The notes under the pieces are model-generated. The model saw only the letters and a program-made list of their open reading frames with translations, was not told where the DNA came from and ran no database searches. A stretch of 64,000 bases of DNA from Abditibacteriaceae bacterium (GTDB lineage: Bacteria; Armatimonadota; Abditibacteriia; Abditibacteriales; Abditibacteriaceae): assembly GCA_965277285.1 (NCBI GenBank), contig OZ255721.1, positions 2,144,001 through 2,208,000 of the forward strand, given 5' to 3'. Both the position numbers and the translations under genes were made by a program. Shown here in pieces: positions 45,799-56,300 of this stretch (position 1 is its first letter; every line of letters starts with the position of its first letter).

Positions 45799-47679
45799 TT
45801 ATTCAGCGCGCGGAATCGGGCTGTCGCCGGAAGAATCTGACGAACTGGACGAACCCGAACTTTCTGGCTGTGGAATCGGGCTGTCGGACGAACTGCTGGA
45901 CGAACGCCTGCGATGGCGGCGCGATGTCGAAAGCGGGCGCGGCGTGTCGGACGAATCAGACGACGAAGCGGCGGTTGACGTGTCAGAAGAGGAAGCATCG
46001 CTCGTAACGCGGTGACGACGCCGATGACGCGTTCGCGGCGTCGCGGATGCGTCCGCTGTGTCGCCGGGCGTTGGATCGGTGCTGGCGATCACCACACGGT
46101 TATCTGGCGCGCCATCCGAAGACGCTGCGCTTGAAGCGTCTTGCGAACTCGAAGCGGTTTCGGAAGATGTGCTGCTTGCAGTTGTTCCATCGCTGGAGCG
46201 AGTCGAAGCATCCTTTGGCAATTGATTGGCGTCATTTCCAGTACTCGAATCGGCGCTGGCGGTGCGCAACGACGAATTTGCGGTGTCAACGTCGTTATTG
46301 CTGCGACCTTGTGCGCTCATATCGTCGGCGTTGTCGGCCAATTTGGGATCGACCTGGCCTTTGAGCAAACCGGCTTCGCGCAACACTTCCTGCGCGCCCG
46401 GATTGGTGTCATTGGCGCTCGTCACTTCGTCTTCATCCGTCGAAGGCGAATCGGCCAGGAACAAGTTTGGGCTAAACGTGGAGCCGAAAATAACATTAAG
46501 TAACTTGATATTTTTCGGACGATTGAGGGTAAAAGAGCCGCGCGACGAATAAACGCCGAACATCGTGATCGGCTGAATCTTGGCGGAATCGCCCAAACCG
46601 CGCGTGAAGTAAGCGGCGGACGCGAGCTGTTCATCCGTCATGTCGGTATCGAACTGTTGACGCAAAGCTTCAATGCGCGAAGGAAGTTCGAGCGGGCTGG
46701 TGTGCATGATCTTTTTGGCCAGAGCGCGCATCACTTGCTGCTGGCGGCGCATTCGTCCCGTGTCGCCCTCGATGTCTTCGCGGAAACGCACGTAATCGTG
46801 CGCTTGTTGCCCATTGAGCGTTTGCAACCCTGGCTTCATGTGCTGGTGCAAATTGCCCCAATTGTCGTCGTAATTCAAGTCGCCGCGATATAATTTGCCA
46901 GTCGCTTTATTGCGCAAAAGGGCGCCTTCGACGTTCACTTCGACGCCGCCCACATCGTCAATCAGTTTTTTGAAGCCGTCGAATTTGATGACCGCATAAT
47001 GCTGAATCGTGATGCCCAACGAATCGTGAAACGTTTTTACCAGCAATTGCGGGCCGCCATAAGCGTGCGCGGCATTCAGTTTGGCGCGCTTAACGTGATA
47101 TTCATTCGGCGGCATGTGCACCATCGAATCGCGCGGCACGGACAACATTCGCACAGTGCCTTTGGTTTTATCCAGCGACATCACGATCATCGAATCGGCG
47201 CGTGCCGGCGTGTCTTTATCGACGACGTGGTAAGGGCGAAACGTTTTGGTGCGTGGGTCATAAACCTTGGCCGGTTTGTAATTGACATCGCGCCCGATCA
47301 ACAAAATGTTGACGTGATCGCTGCCTGCGTCGTCAAAAATCCGGTCGGGATTTTGTTTGACCTGATAAGCAATCACGGCGCCATGTGTGACTGTTTGCAT
47401 CATTTTGCGGCCGTGCTTGGTCAAAGTGCCATAAGCCGCGCCTGCAGCCACAATTATCGCCAACACCAAACCTAAGCCGCGCCAGAAGCGCCCGCGCCTG
47501 GGCGGATTATTGCGACCATTAGTGGAATTATTGCGTGAAGATGAAACAGAAACCTGCGACGGCGTGCGCGGTCGTGAGGAAGGGGTTGCGGCAGTGCGCG
47601 AGGGACTTTCCGAAGGAGAGTCGGCGCGGCGATTATCTTGGCTCAATGCGTCCTCCGTTGTGCTCAAGATTCTAACCAA
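45799..47679 (-). CDS. LCP (LytR-CpsA-Psr) family protein with Ser-rich tail
   Basis: TM anchor, 'RADSMIV', 'SVPRDS', 'KLNAAH', 'YVRFR...D.GR.RRQQ'. Confidence 0.92.
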   Translation of the reverse strand: MVRILSTTEDALSQDNRRADSPSESPSRTAATPSSRPRTPSQVSVSSSRNNSTNGRNNPPRRGRFWRGLGLVLAIIVAAGAAYGTLTKHGRKMMQTVTHGAVIAYQVKQNPDRIFDDAGSDHVNILLIGRDVNYKPAKVYDPRTKTFRPYHVVDKDTPARADSMIVMSLDKTKGTVRMLSVPRDSMVHMPPNEYHVKRAKLNAAHAYGGPQLLVKTFHDSLGITIQHYAVIKFDGFKKLIDDVGGVEVNVEGALLRNKATGKLYRGDLNYDDNWGNLHQHMKPGLQTLNGQQAHDYVRFREDIEGDTGRMRRQQQVMRALAKKIMHTSPLELPSRIEALRQQFDTDMTDEQLASAAYFTRGLGDSAKIQPITMFGVYSSRGSFTLNRPKNIKLLNVIFGSTFSPNLFLADSPSTDEDEVTSANDTNPGAQEVLREAGLLKGQVDPKLADNADDMSAQGRSNNDVDTANSSLRTASADSSTGNDANQLPKDASTRSSDGTTASSTSSETASSSQDASSAASSDGAPDNRVVIASTDPTPGDTADASATPRTRHRRRHRVTSDASSSDTSTAASSSDSSDTPRPLSTSRRHRRRSSSSSSDSPIPQPESSGSSSSSDSSGDSPIPRAE

Positions 47680-47843
47680 GCCACCAACATGGAATCAAAT
47701 AGAACTTAGGTGGAAACACGCTACAAGCCACAAAGCAAGGCGCAAATCGAATGTTCGCGTCTTGCTTTGTGGCTTACCAATTTCGCCTATCGAGTACTCG
47801 ATAGGCTCAACTTTGCCTACAACCCTGGTTCCAAATCCTGCTT

Positions 47844-48431
47844 TCATACTGTTGTGGAAAAATTATGGAGCGCTGTCGTCATGTCATTTTGCAGCATTTC
47901 GACGCCACCATAACCAGGCGAAGTATTGAGAACTTTGCCATCGGCATCGAGCCAGAGCAACGTCGGATAGCCCGTGACGTTGAAACGCAACGCCAAATCC
48001 TGGCGTTTTTCGGCATCGACTTTCACCATCACGAACTTTTGCGATTGTTGAATGACATCGGCGTTGGTATAGCCATCGCGGTCGAGCATTTTGCAGGCGC
48101 TACACCAATCAGTATAAAAATCGACCATCAACGGCTTGTGCGACTTGACCGCTTCAGCCTGCGCTTCCTCAAAGGTTTTGCTCCACACAATTTTCTGATT
48201 AGTCGCCATTTTTGTCGACGACTTAGAAGCGCCGCCAACCGTTTGCGTTGTCGCCGAATTGTCCGGCGCGGAATTGATTGGCGCGGAGCCGTTTGGCGCG
48301 GATGAAGTATCGGATGTGGCAGTCAGCGCGGGAGCGCTGGTCGAAGAAGCTGGCGCGACGTTGGACGAACAACCCGAAACCGCGACGCACAACACAACTA
48401 AAGGCACAAAAAGAAGTTTTCGAGTACTCAT
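47844..48431 (-). CDS. Thioredoxin-family lipoprotein
   Basis: Lipobox 'VSGC'; 'DFYTDWCSACK'; cis-Pro 'GYPT'. Confidence 0.88.
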   Translation of the reverse strand: MSTRKLLFVPLVVLCVAVSGCSSNVAPASSTSAPALTATSDTSSAPNGSAPINSAPDNSATTQTVGGASKSSTKMATNQKIVWSKTFEEAQAEAVKSHKPLMVDFYTDWCSACKMLDRDGYTNADVIQQSQKFVMVKVDAEKRQDLALRFNVTGYPTLLWLDADGKVLNTSPGYGGVEMLQNDMTTALHNFSTTV

Positions 48432-48467
48432 AAGGAAGAACACCTGTGAAACCAAGACATTGAAAAG

Positions 48468-48983
48468 TTATGGCCGGACGAAGCAGTTTCGCGCAAGTTG
48501 CCGCGCTTTTTCCAGCACCTCGCGCGCATGACCTAAAGGTGTTACATCGTTCCAAATATGACGTACCACGCCATCTTTGTCCACCAAAAGTGTGGTGCGA
48601 CGAACTTTCGTCACTGGCTTGCCATACATCGTCGCTGGCACGATCAAATCCCACGATTTCAACAACGCTTGCTCTTTATCGGCCAACAACGCATACGGCA
48701 ACTGCTGATTTTCGATGAACTTGCGGTGCGCACCAATTCCATCGCGCGACAGCCCGACAACTTCAATATCGAGTACGCGAAACTCGGGATACAAATCGCG
48801 GAAACCGCACACTTCGATGGTGCAACCGCTCGTCGCATCTTTGGGATAAACGAACAAAACCAACGCTTTTCCGACGAAATCCACGTTGCTTCGAGTACTC
48901 GATTCGATTCCGTTGGACGTGGAAACTATCGCGGGAAGCGAAAACGGCGGCAACTTTTCGCCGATTTGCGGAAAGTCGCTCAT
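48468..48983 (-). CDS. bcp: Peroxiredoxin Bcp/PrxQ
   Basis: 'YPKDATSGCTIEVCGFRD'. Confidence 0.88.
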   Translation of the reverse strand: MSDFPQIGEKLPPFSLPAIVSTSNGIESSTRSNVDFVGKALVLFVYPKDATSGCTIEVCGFRDLYPEFRVLDIEVVGLSRDGIGAHRKFIENQQLPYALLADKEQALLKSWDLIVPATMYGKPVTKVRRTTLLVDKDGVVRHIWNDVTPLGHAREVLEKARQLARNCFVRP

Positions 48984-49780
48984 GCCTCGATGCTCTCCTT
49001 TTGTTCTTGCACGCGGCGCGCGATTTGGGACAGCTTTTGGCGAGGCAACAAACGCGTCGCAAACGCCCAGAACGCGTTGCTTTTGCCCGTGATGACAAGC
49101 GTTTGGCCGCGCATCAAGGCGCGATAACCGATTTGTGCGACCTGCGCGGAATTCATCGAAACGTTTTCAAACAGCCTGGAGTTGCTCATCTGCGCGCGCG
49201 TTTGAAAATCGCTTTGCGTTGGGCCGGGACAGAGGCACGTCACCGTCACGCCGGTTCCTTGCGTTTCGTTCGACAAGGCTTCGCTGAACGAAAGGACAAA
49301 GGCTTTGGTCGCGTAATAAACCGCCATCAAAGGGCCGGGCAAAAACGCCGCAGTGGAAGCGACATTGAGTACTCGACCGCGCTTGCGCTCGATCATCGGC
49401 GGCAAAAACAAGCGTGTCAAATGCGTTAAAGCCGCGACGTTGACCTGCATCATTTCCAGAATATCGTCGGTGTTTTGTTCGGCAAAATGTCCGTAACCGC
49501 CAAAACCGGCGTTGTTCACCAGAACATCAATTTCAGTTTCGGCGCGTTGCAATTCATCGAAGATTTTTTGTGCTGCCAAAGGCCGCGAAAGGTCTTTCAC
49601 TAAAACCGTCGCGCGGATGTTATAACGCTTCGATAAGGTGTTGGCGATTTCTTTCAGTTTTTCGCGGTTGCGTGCGACCAGAACCAGATCGTAACCGCCG
49701 CGCGCCAGACAATTGGCCAATTCCAGCCCGATGCCGCCAGATGCGCCCGTCACCAGCGCCGTGCCTTTTCGCTTTTTCAT
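48980..49780 (-). CDS. Short-chain dehydrogenase/reductase
   Basis: 'TGASGGIG', 'NNAGFG', 'YYATK'. Confidence 0.93.
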   Translation of the reverse strand: MKKRKGTALVTGASGGIGLELANCLARGGYDLVLVARNREKLKEIANTLSKRYNIRATVLVKDLSRPLAAQKIFDELQRAETEIDVLVNNAGFGGYGHFAEQNTDDILEMMQVNVAALTHLTRLFLPPMIERKRGRVLNVASTAAFLPGPLMAVYYATKAFVLSFSEALSNETQGTGVTVTCLCPGPTQSDFQTRAQMSNSRLFENVSMNSAQVAQIGYRALMRGQTLVITGKSNAFWAFATRLLPRQKLSQIARRVQEQKESIEA

Positions 49781-49816
49781 GGCGCGAAGTTTAGCCTACG
49801 TGTGTTTTTGGAGAAA

Positions 49817-50182
49817 CTAATGAGCTAAATCTCCATGCACTAACTGCCAAATCCCCACACAAATCAAGCCTCCAAAGACTGCGGGGAACAACAATATGTA
49901 AGCCCAAAACAATTTAGATTGAATATGTTCATTCTTTTCTATCCGCTGAAACCAGCCATACTTCTTAAGTTGCATATAGGCACCAGCAAATGTAAGCATG
50001 GTACATATAGCTATCAACACTCTTATAACTCCACTCAGAATTCCACCTGATATTAAAAAAAGATGACGATTGTCTAACTCTCCTTGAACTATGCCGCTCA
50101 CCGCAGATGCAATGATGACGCAGAGCCACATTTCAAGACCGCTGTGCTGTGCCTGTGTAGGTTTTTTATCGTTCGCCATCAT
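49817..50182 (-). CDS. Small hypothetical membrane protein (AT-rich)
   Basis: Three hydrophobic segments; composition differs from neighbours. Confidence 0.5.
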   Translation of the reverse strand: MMANDKKPTQAQHSGLEMWLCVIIASAVSGIVQGELDNRHLFLISGGILSGVIRVLIAICTMLTFAGAYMQLKKYGWFQRIEKNEHIQSKLFWAYILLFPAVFGGLICVGIWQLVHGDLAH

Positions 50183-50438
50183 TCCACTCTCCAGTTGAAA
50201 CATGACGTTCCAAGTTAAGCACATCTTTTACATTTTGCAGGAATAAGTTTGTCGATAGGTCACTATTGAGTACTCGATCAGCCAGACGATTTTTCGAGCG
50301 TTTGATAGTTGCGGGAAGTATCTACGAGTGTGATAGACATGTCGTGCTAAACTAAAATGCCGCGCATTATTGAGTCGAAGAATCGAGTACTCGATTTGGT
50401 TGCGACGCCGCATTCTCCCCGTTTTAAAGGCAAAACAC

Positions 50439-52928
50439 ATGAAAGTTTCGTTCTGGCCGTCCATTTGGTTCGCTGCACCTTGCTTATTCGCTTCGTCTGT
50501 TGGAGCGCAAGCACAAGGCACGCAAGCGCAGACTTCACATGACGTTGTGCGTGTTGTCAAAGCGCCGCCCGCGCTGACAGGAAGCGGCTTTTACACCGCG
50601 AATCGCGCGCCTTTGCAGGGATTGCCCTTTCAAAAACTGCCGCCGGGCGCCGTAACACCGCGCGGTTGGCTGCGCGGCCAACTCGAACTGGACGCGCAGG
50701 GCTTGTGCGGTCGCATGGCCGAAGTCTCGAAATATCTCAAATATGAGGACAACGGTTGGGTTGACCCCAAGTCGAACAACGGTTGGGAAGAAATGCCCTA
50801 CTGGCTGCGCGGCTACGGCGATTTGAGCTATGTCCTCAAAGACCCGAAAATGCTGGCCACGACGCAAAAATGGGTGAACGGCATTTTGTCGGCTCAAAAA
50901 CCCAACGGATACTTCGGCCCGGACAGGCTGCTCACGTCCGAAAACAATATGCCGGATTTGTGGCCGCATATGCTGGTGCTGGATGTCTTGCACTCGTACT
51001 ACGATTATTCGGGCGATCCGCGCGTCATTCCCTTTATGACGCGCTACTTCAAATGGCAAAGCACGCTGCCCGACAACGCTTACAAAAACGGTTGGGGAGC
51101 AGTGCGATGGGCCGATAACATGGCCGTTTTGTACTGGCTTTACAACAAAACTGGCGATCCTTCGCTGCTCGCGTTGTCCACGCGCATTCACCAGAACTCG
51201 GTCAATTACGTCGATAATTTGCCGACTGGCCACAACGTCAATCTGGCGCAGGGCATCCGCGAGCCAGGCGAGTACTGGATGCAGTCGGGCGATCCCACTC
51301 ATTTGAACGCCGTTGAGGACGATTATCAGACCATTATGAGCAAGTTCGGGCAAGTTCCGGGCGGCGGCTTTGGCGGCGACGAAAACACGCGCGACGGCTT
51401 CGGCGATCCGCGCCAGGGCTTTGAAACCTGCGGCATCGTCGAATATATGCACACTGACGAAATGATGACGCGCATTTCGGGCGATCCCGTCTGGGCTGAC
51501 CGCGCCGAAGAACTCGCTTTCAATTCGCTGCCGGCTGCGCTCACCGCCGACCACAAAGGCATTCATTACATCACAAGCCCTAATCTCGTCGAGATCAACA
51601 AAGGCGGCACCAAAGGCCAGTTTTCCAACCGTTTCGATATGTTGACCTTCCGCGACGGCACCAACGACTACCGCTGCTGCCCGCACAATTACGGCATGGG
51701 CTGGCCCTATTATGCCGAAGAATCGTGGCTTGCGACATCGGATAAAGGCGTGGCGGCTTCGCTTTATGCGGCCTCGGAAGTCAACGTCAAAGTCGGCGAT
51801 GGAACGCTCGTCAAGTGGAGCGAAACCACAGATTATCCCTTCGCCGATACCATTCAATTCAAACTTTCCACGCCGAAAACGCTCCGTTTTCAGCTTTATT
51901 TGCGAATTCCGCGCTGGACTCAGGGCGCGCAACTCAAAGTGAACGGCGCGAGCGTCAAAGTGAATGCAACACCGCTTTCCTATGTCGCTTTGGAGCGTAA
52001 TTGGAAAAACGGCGACACGGTTTCGCTGCGCTTGCCGATGAATGTTTCCGTGCGAAAATGGGCGAAGAACAAGAACGCCGTTTCGGTCAATTATGGGCCG
52101 CTCACCTTCGCTTATAACAGCGGCGAAGAATGGTATCGCACCGGCGGCAGCGACGCCTGGCCAGAGTGGAGCGTCAAGCCCAAAAGCGCGTGGAATTACG
52201 GCCTGCCAGTTGACGTGAAGGCGTCCGACTTCAAGGTCGTGCGCAAAGCGGGTGCGCTTTCCGACCAGCCTTTCACCGTTGAAACGGCGCCGATTTCGCT
52301 GCAAACGCGGGTGCGCCGCGTTCCTGGCTGGACCGCCGATTCGCAGGGCATCGTCAATACGCTGCAAAGTTCGCCCGCTTTATCCACGCAACCGTTGCAA
52401 AACGTTTCTCTGGTTCCGATGGGCGCGGCGCGTCTGCGAATCTCCGAGTTTCCCACGGTTTCAACTCAAAAAACCGCGCTCGATTGGAGAATCAACGCGC
52501 CCAAAGCGCCGCTTTTCGAGGCCAGTGCATCTCATGTAAACGACGATCTCGACGCGCTCACCGACGGCATCGAACCGAAAAGTTCGGGCGACCAGAGCGT
52601 TCCGCGCTTCACCTGGTGGGATCATCGCGGCACGAATGAATGGGTCAGCCTCGATATGAAAACGCCGCGTCGTGTTTCAGGCGTTTCGCTTTACTGGTTC
52701 GATGACACCGGCTCAGGTCAATGCCGCGTTCCCCTTTCCTGGAAGTTGCTATATCAAGATGGCATGACGTGGAAACCTGTCCAGAATGCGACGACTTTTG
52801 GCATCGCGCGCGACCAACCTAACACCGTCACTTTCACGCCGATTACCACTTCGGGAATGCGCGTTGAAGTTCAATTGCAGCCGCAAATGTCTGGCGGCAT
52901 TTTAGAATGGAAAACCGATTTCAGGTAA
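50439..52928 (+). CDS. Secreted GH127/GH146-type beta-L-arabinofuranosidase-like hydrolase with C-terminal discoidin/CBM32-like domain
   Basis: Signal peptide, 'GWEEMPYWL', 'HNVN', 'ETCGIVE', 'CC.HN...GWP', 'TDYPF'. Confidence 0.85.
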   Translation: MKVSFWPSIWFAAPCLFASSVGAQAQGTQAQTSHDVVRVVKAPPALTGSGFYTANRAPLQGLPFQKLPPGAVTPRGWLRGQLELDAQGLCGRMAEVSKYLKYEDNGWVDPKSNNGWEEMPYWLRGYGDLSYVLKDPKMLATTQKWVNGILSAQKPNGYFGPDRLLTSENNMPDLWPHMLVLDVLHSYYDYSGDPRVIPFMTRYFKWQSTLPDNAYKNGWGAVRWADNMAVLYWLYNKTGDPSLLALSTRIHQNSVNYVDNLPTGHNVNLAQGIREPGEYWMQSGDPTHLNAVEDDYQTIMSKFGQVPGGGFGGDENTRDGFGDPRQGFETCGIVEYMHTDEMMTRISGDPVWADRAEELAFNSLPAALTADHKGIHYITSPNLVEINKGGTKGQFSNRFDMLTFRDGTNDYRCCPHNYGMGWPYYAEESWLATSDKGVAASLYAASEVNVKVGDGTLVKWSETTDYPFADTIQFKLSTPKTLRFQLYLRIPRWTQGAQLKVNGASVKVNATPLSYVALERNWKNGDTVSLRLPMNVSVRKWAKNKNAVSVNYGPLTFAYNSGEEWYRTGGSDAWPEWSVKPKSAWNYGLPVDVKASDFKVVRKAGALSDQPFTVETAPISLQTRVRRVPGWTADSQGIVNTLQSSPALSTQPLQNVSLVPMGAARLRISEFPTVSTQKTALDWRINAPKAPLFEASASHVNDDLDALTDGIEPKSSGDQSVPRFTWWDHRGTNEWVSLDMKTPRRVSGVSLYWFDDTGSGQCRVPLSWKLLYQDGMTWKPVQNATTFGIARDQPNTVTFTPITTSGMRVEVQLQPQMSGGILEWKTDFR

Positions 52929-53124
52929 TATCGGCGCAACGCTGAATTAACCAGGCGGACTCAGCGGACATCTCCCAAGATGAATATGGCGGCAGCGGAA
53001 TCGGTTCCGCTGCCGCTTGCCAATTTGCAGGAAAGGCACAAAATTGTTTGTGCTTCTCACAATTTTTGCTCTGACGAGGATAACGCCCGCAAGCATCGTG
53101 GAGCGCACAAGTTAGGGATAAGGT

Positions 53125-53133
53125 TGTGGATAA
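53125..53133 (-). promoter_or_regulatory. Consensus DnaA box upstream of dnaE
   Basis: TGTGGATAA (= TTATCCACA); degenerate second box at 53113-53121. Confidence 0.45.
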
Positions 53134-53325
53134 GTCGTTATCGAGTACTCGATTGGCGAAACAATTTTTCGGGCGCCTTATGGCTGCGCGTCCGAACTTC
53201 GGAAGCATCTCGCGCGTTGTGCTATACCAAAATGCCGCGATGCTTTTTCTTCGCGCCTTCTGCCAAAAAGCTGTCAACGTCGCCGCTTTCAATTCGTCAA
53301 ACGTTCATCTAAAATCGTCAATTCC

Positions 53326-56300
53326 ATGAGTAAATGTCCCTGCGGTTTCTGCCACCTTCACGTTCATTCCGAGTATTCGTTGCTCGACGGCGCCAATCGC
53401 GTCAAAGACTTGGCGAAGCGCGCTGCGGAAATGGATATGCCCGCACTTGCCTTGACAGATCATGGCGTGATGTATGGCGCGATTGACTTTTATACGGCGT
53501 GCAAAGATCAGGGCATCAAGCCGATAATCGGCGTCGAGGCTTACGTCGCTCCACGCAAGCACACCGACAAAGACCCGCAACTGGACAAGCAAAAAAACAC
53601 GCATCACCTGACGCTGTGGGCGAAGAATCTTCAGGGCTACAAAAACCTGGTCAAATTGACGACACGCGCCAACTTAGACGGCTTTTATTACAAGCCGCGC
53701 GTCGATCACGAACTGATCGCCAGGCATTCCGAAGGCATCATTTGCGGCAGTGCGTGTCTGGGCGGCGAGATTCCGCAGCTGATTGCGAACCAGAAGTTCG
53801 ATGAAGCAGTCGCGCGCGCCGAGAAATATCGGGATATTTTCGGGAAGGAAAACTTCTTCCTGGAAATGATGGATCACGACCTGATCGGTCAAGGCGAAGT
53901 CAACGAAAAGCTGGTCTCGATTCATCACAAAACCGGCATTCCGCTGATCGTCTCCAACGATGCGCATTATCTCAAAGCCGAACACGAGCAGATGCACAAA
54001 ATTCTGGTCGCTATCGGCACCAACTCGACGGTGCAAAGCGCCAGTTTGCATTACGGCCCAAACTTTTATCTCAAAAGCCAACAGGAAATGTGGGAGCGTT
54101 TCAAGCACGTTCCCGAAGCATTGGAAAACACCTTGCGCATCGCCGATATGGTCGACCTTGAACTCGACCTCAAGACGACGCACTTTCCGGTTTTCGATGT
54201 TCCGCTTGGTCACGACTTGACCTCTTTCTTTCGGTTGTTGTGCGAGCAGCGTTTCGATGCGCGCTATCCGGTCGGTCATCCGCGCCGCGACGAAGCGAGT
54301 ACTCGAATGAAGTACGAGCAGCAAATTATCATCGACAAAGGTTATCCGGGCTATTTTCTGGTGGTGCAGGATCTCATCAACTGGAGCAAAGACCGAGGAA
54401 TTTTAGTTGGTTGTCGCGGCTCGGCGGCGGGTTGTCTGGTTTCGTATGTGCTGGGAATTACGAACCTGGATCCGTTGCCGTATGGACTTTTGTTCGAGCG
54501 TTTTCTCAATCCAGATCGCGTTTCCACGCCCGACATCGACATCGACTTTCCCGACAAGCGCCGCGATGAAGTGATGCAATACGTCACCAACAAATACGGC
54601 AAAGACAAAGTCGCGCAGATCATCACGTTTGGAACGCTCGCGGCGCGCGCTGCCATCCGCGACACAGCGCGCGCAACCGGACTCGATCTTAAAATCGCTG
54701 ACAACGTGGCGAAATTGATTCCCGCCATTCCTGGTCATCCGATCACGATTATGCAGGCGGTCGATCAAGTACAGGATTTGAAGAACCTGTACAATTCCGA
54801 TTCGACGGTGCGCAACCTGTGCGATCAGGCAACGGAGATCGAGGGCATGACGCGTCACGCTTCTCGTCACGCCTGTGGTGTCGTCATCGGCAAAGAAGCG
54901 CTGGATGAATTGGTGCCGCTGGAAGAAAAAGACGGCGATATTATCACGCAATATCACGCCAAAGCGGTCGAAAAGATCGGTTTGGTGAAGATGGACTTTT
55001 TGGGTCTGCAGAACAACACCGTCATCAACGACACGCTGGAACTGATCGAAGCGCGCACCGGCACCAAGATCGACCTGGAAACCATCGACATGAACGACCG
55101 CAAGGTCTTCGATATGCTGGGCCGAGGCGACGGCATCGCGGTGTTTCAGATGGAAGGAACGGGAATGCGCGGCCTGCTGCGCGAACTGCGTCCCGACACA
55201 TTGGAACACATCATCGCGCAGATTTCCTTGTATCGTCCCGGCCCGATGGAAGAAATTCCCAAATACATTTCGGGACGTTTCGGCGGCGCCGTGACTTATC
55301 CGCATCCGCTGCTGGAACCCGTGCTCAAAGACACCTACGGAATGCTCTTGTATCAGGAACAAGTGATGCAAGCGGCGCAGGTTCTGGCGGGTTTCACTGG
55401 TGGTCAGGCCGAAACTTTGATGAAGGCGATGTCGAAGAAAAAAGCCGACGACATGGCCAAGATGAAGCCGCTTTTTCAGGAAGGCTGCGCCAAAAACCAG
55501 ATTTCCCGCAACGACGCCGACGACATTTTCGGGCGCATGGAAGCGTTTGCAAAATACGCTTTTAACAAGTCGCACGCGGCGTATTACGCGGTTGTGTCGT
55601 ATTGGACGGCGTGGCTCAAAGTCAATTATCCCTCAGAGTTTATGTCGTGCAAGATGACTTCTTTGTTGGAAAAGAAGGACAAATTGCTCGTCGTGATTGA
55701 CGATTGCCGCAAGCACGGAATCGAAGTTTTGCCGCCCGATGTGAACGAATCGAACCACGAATTTACAGTTGTCGAAGGCGGCATTCGCTTCGGTTTGCAA
55801 GCGATCAAAGGCATCGGCGAAGCACCGGTTAACGCGATTTGCGAAGCGCGCAAAGAAGGCGGTAAGTTTTCCAGTTTGTTCGACTTTTGCGCGCGCGTTT
55901 CGAGTCGCGCCTGCGGTAAAAGCGCGATGGAAACGCTGGTCAAATGCGGCGCTTTCGATGGTTTGCACGCCAATCGTCAGGCGATGATCGAAGCGCTGGA
56001 TGGCGCAATCGCCGCCGGTTTGCAGGCGCAGCAAGATGCCGCTTCGGGTCAGTTCAATATGTTCGGCGATGCGCAGGAAACCGGACGCCAGAAAGCGACA
56101 GGCCAATTGCCAAACGTTCCCGATGCTGACCGCGAGGTGCGTTTGGCGTGGGAAAAAGAGTTTCTGGGATTGTATATTTCCGATCATCCGCTCTTGCCGT
56201 ACCGCGAATACCTGGAAAGTAAAGCGATGACGCAAATCGAGCGCATCGGCGAAGACCCGAACTTGCGCGATGGCAGCCGCGTTACAGTCGCAGGTCTGGT

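Noticed and set aside
50535..52367. 610-aa minus-strand ORF and similar long ORFs (54403-55575, 55633-56613, 40406-41575, 42478-43428)
   Set aside because: Antisense shadows of well-supported genes in GC-rich DNA, with no motifs of their own
54412..54438. DnaE 'CRGSAAGC' instead of the usual 'PGRGSAAGS' as a sign of inactivation
   Set aside because: The RGS core and catalytic PDIDID are intact; likely a lineage variant
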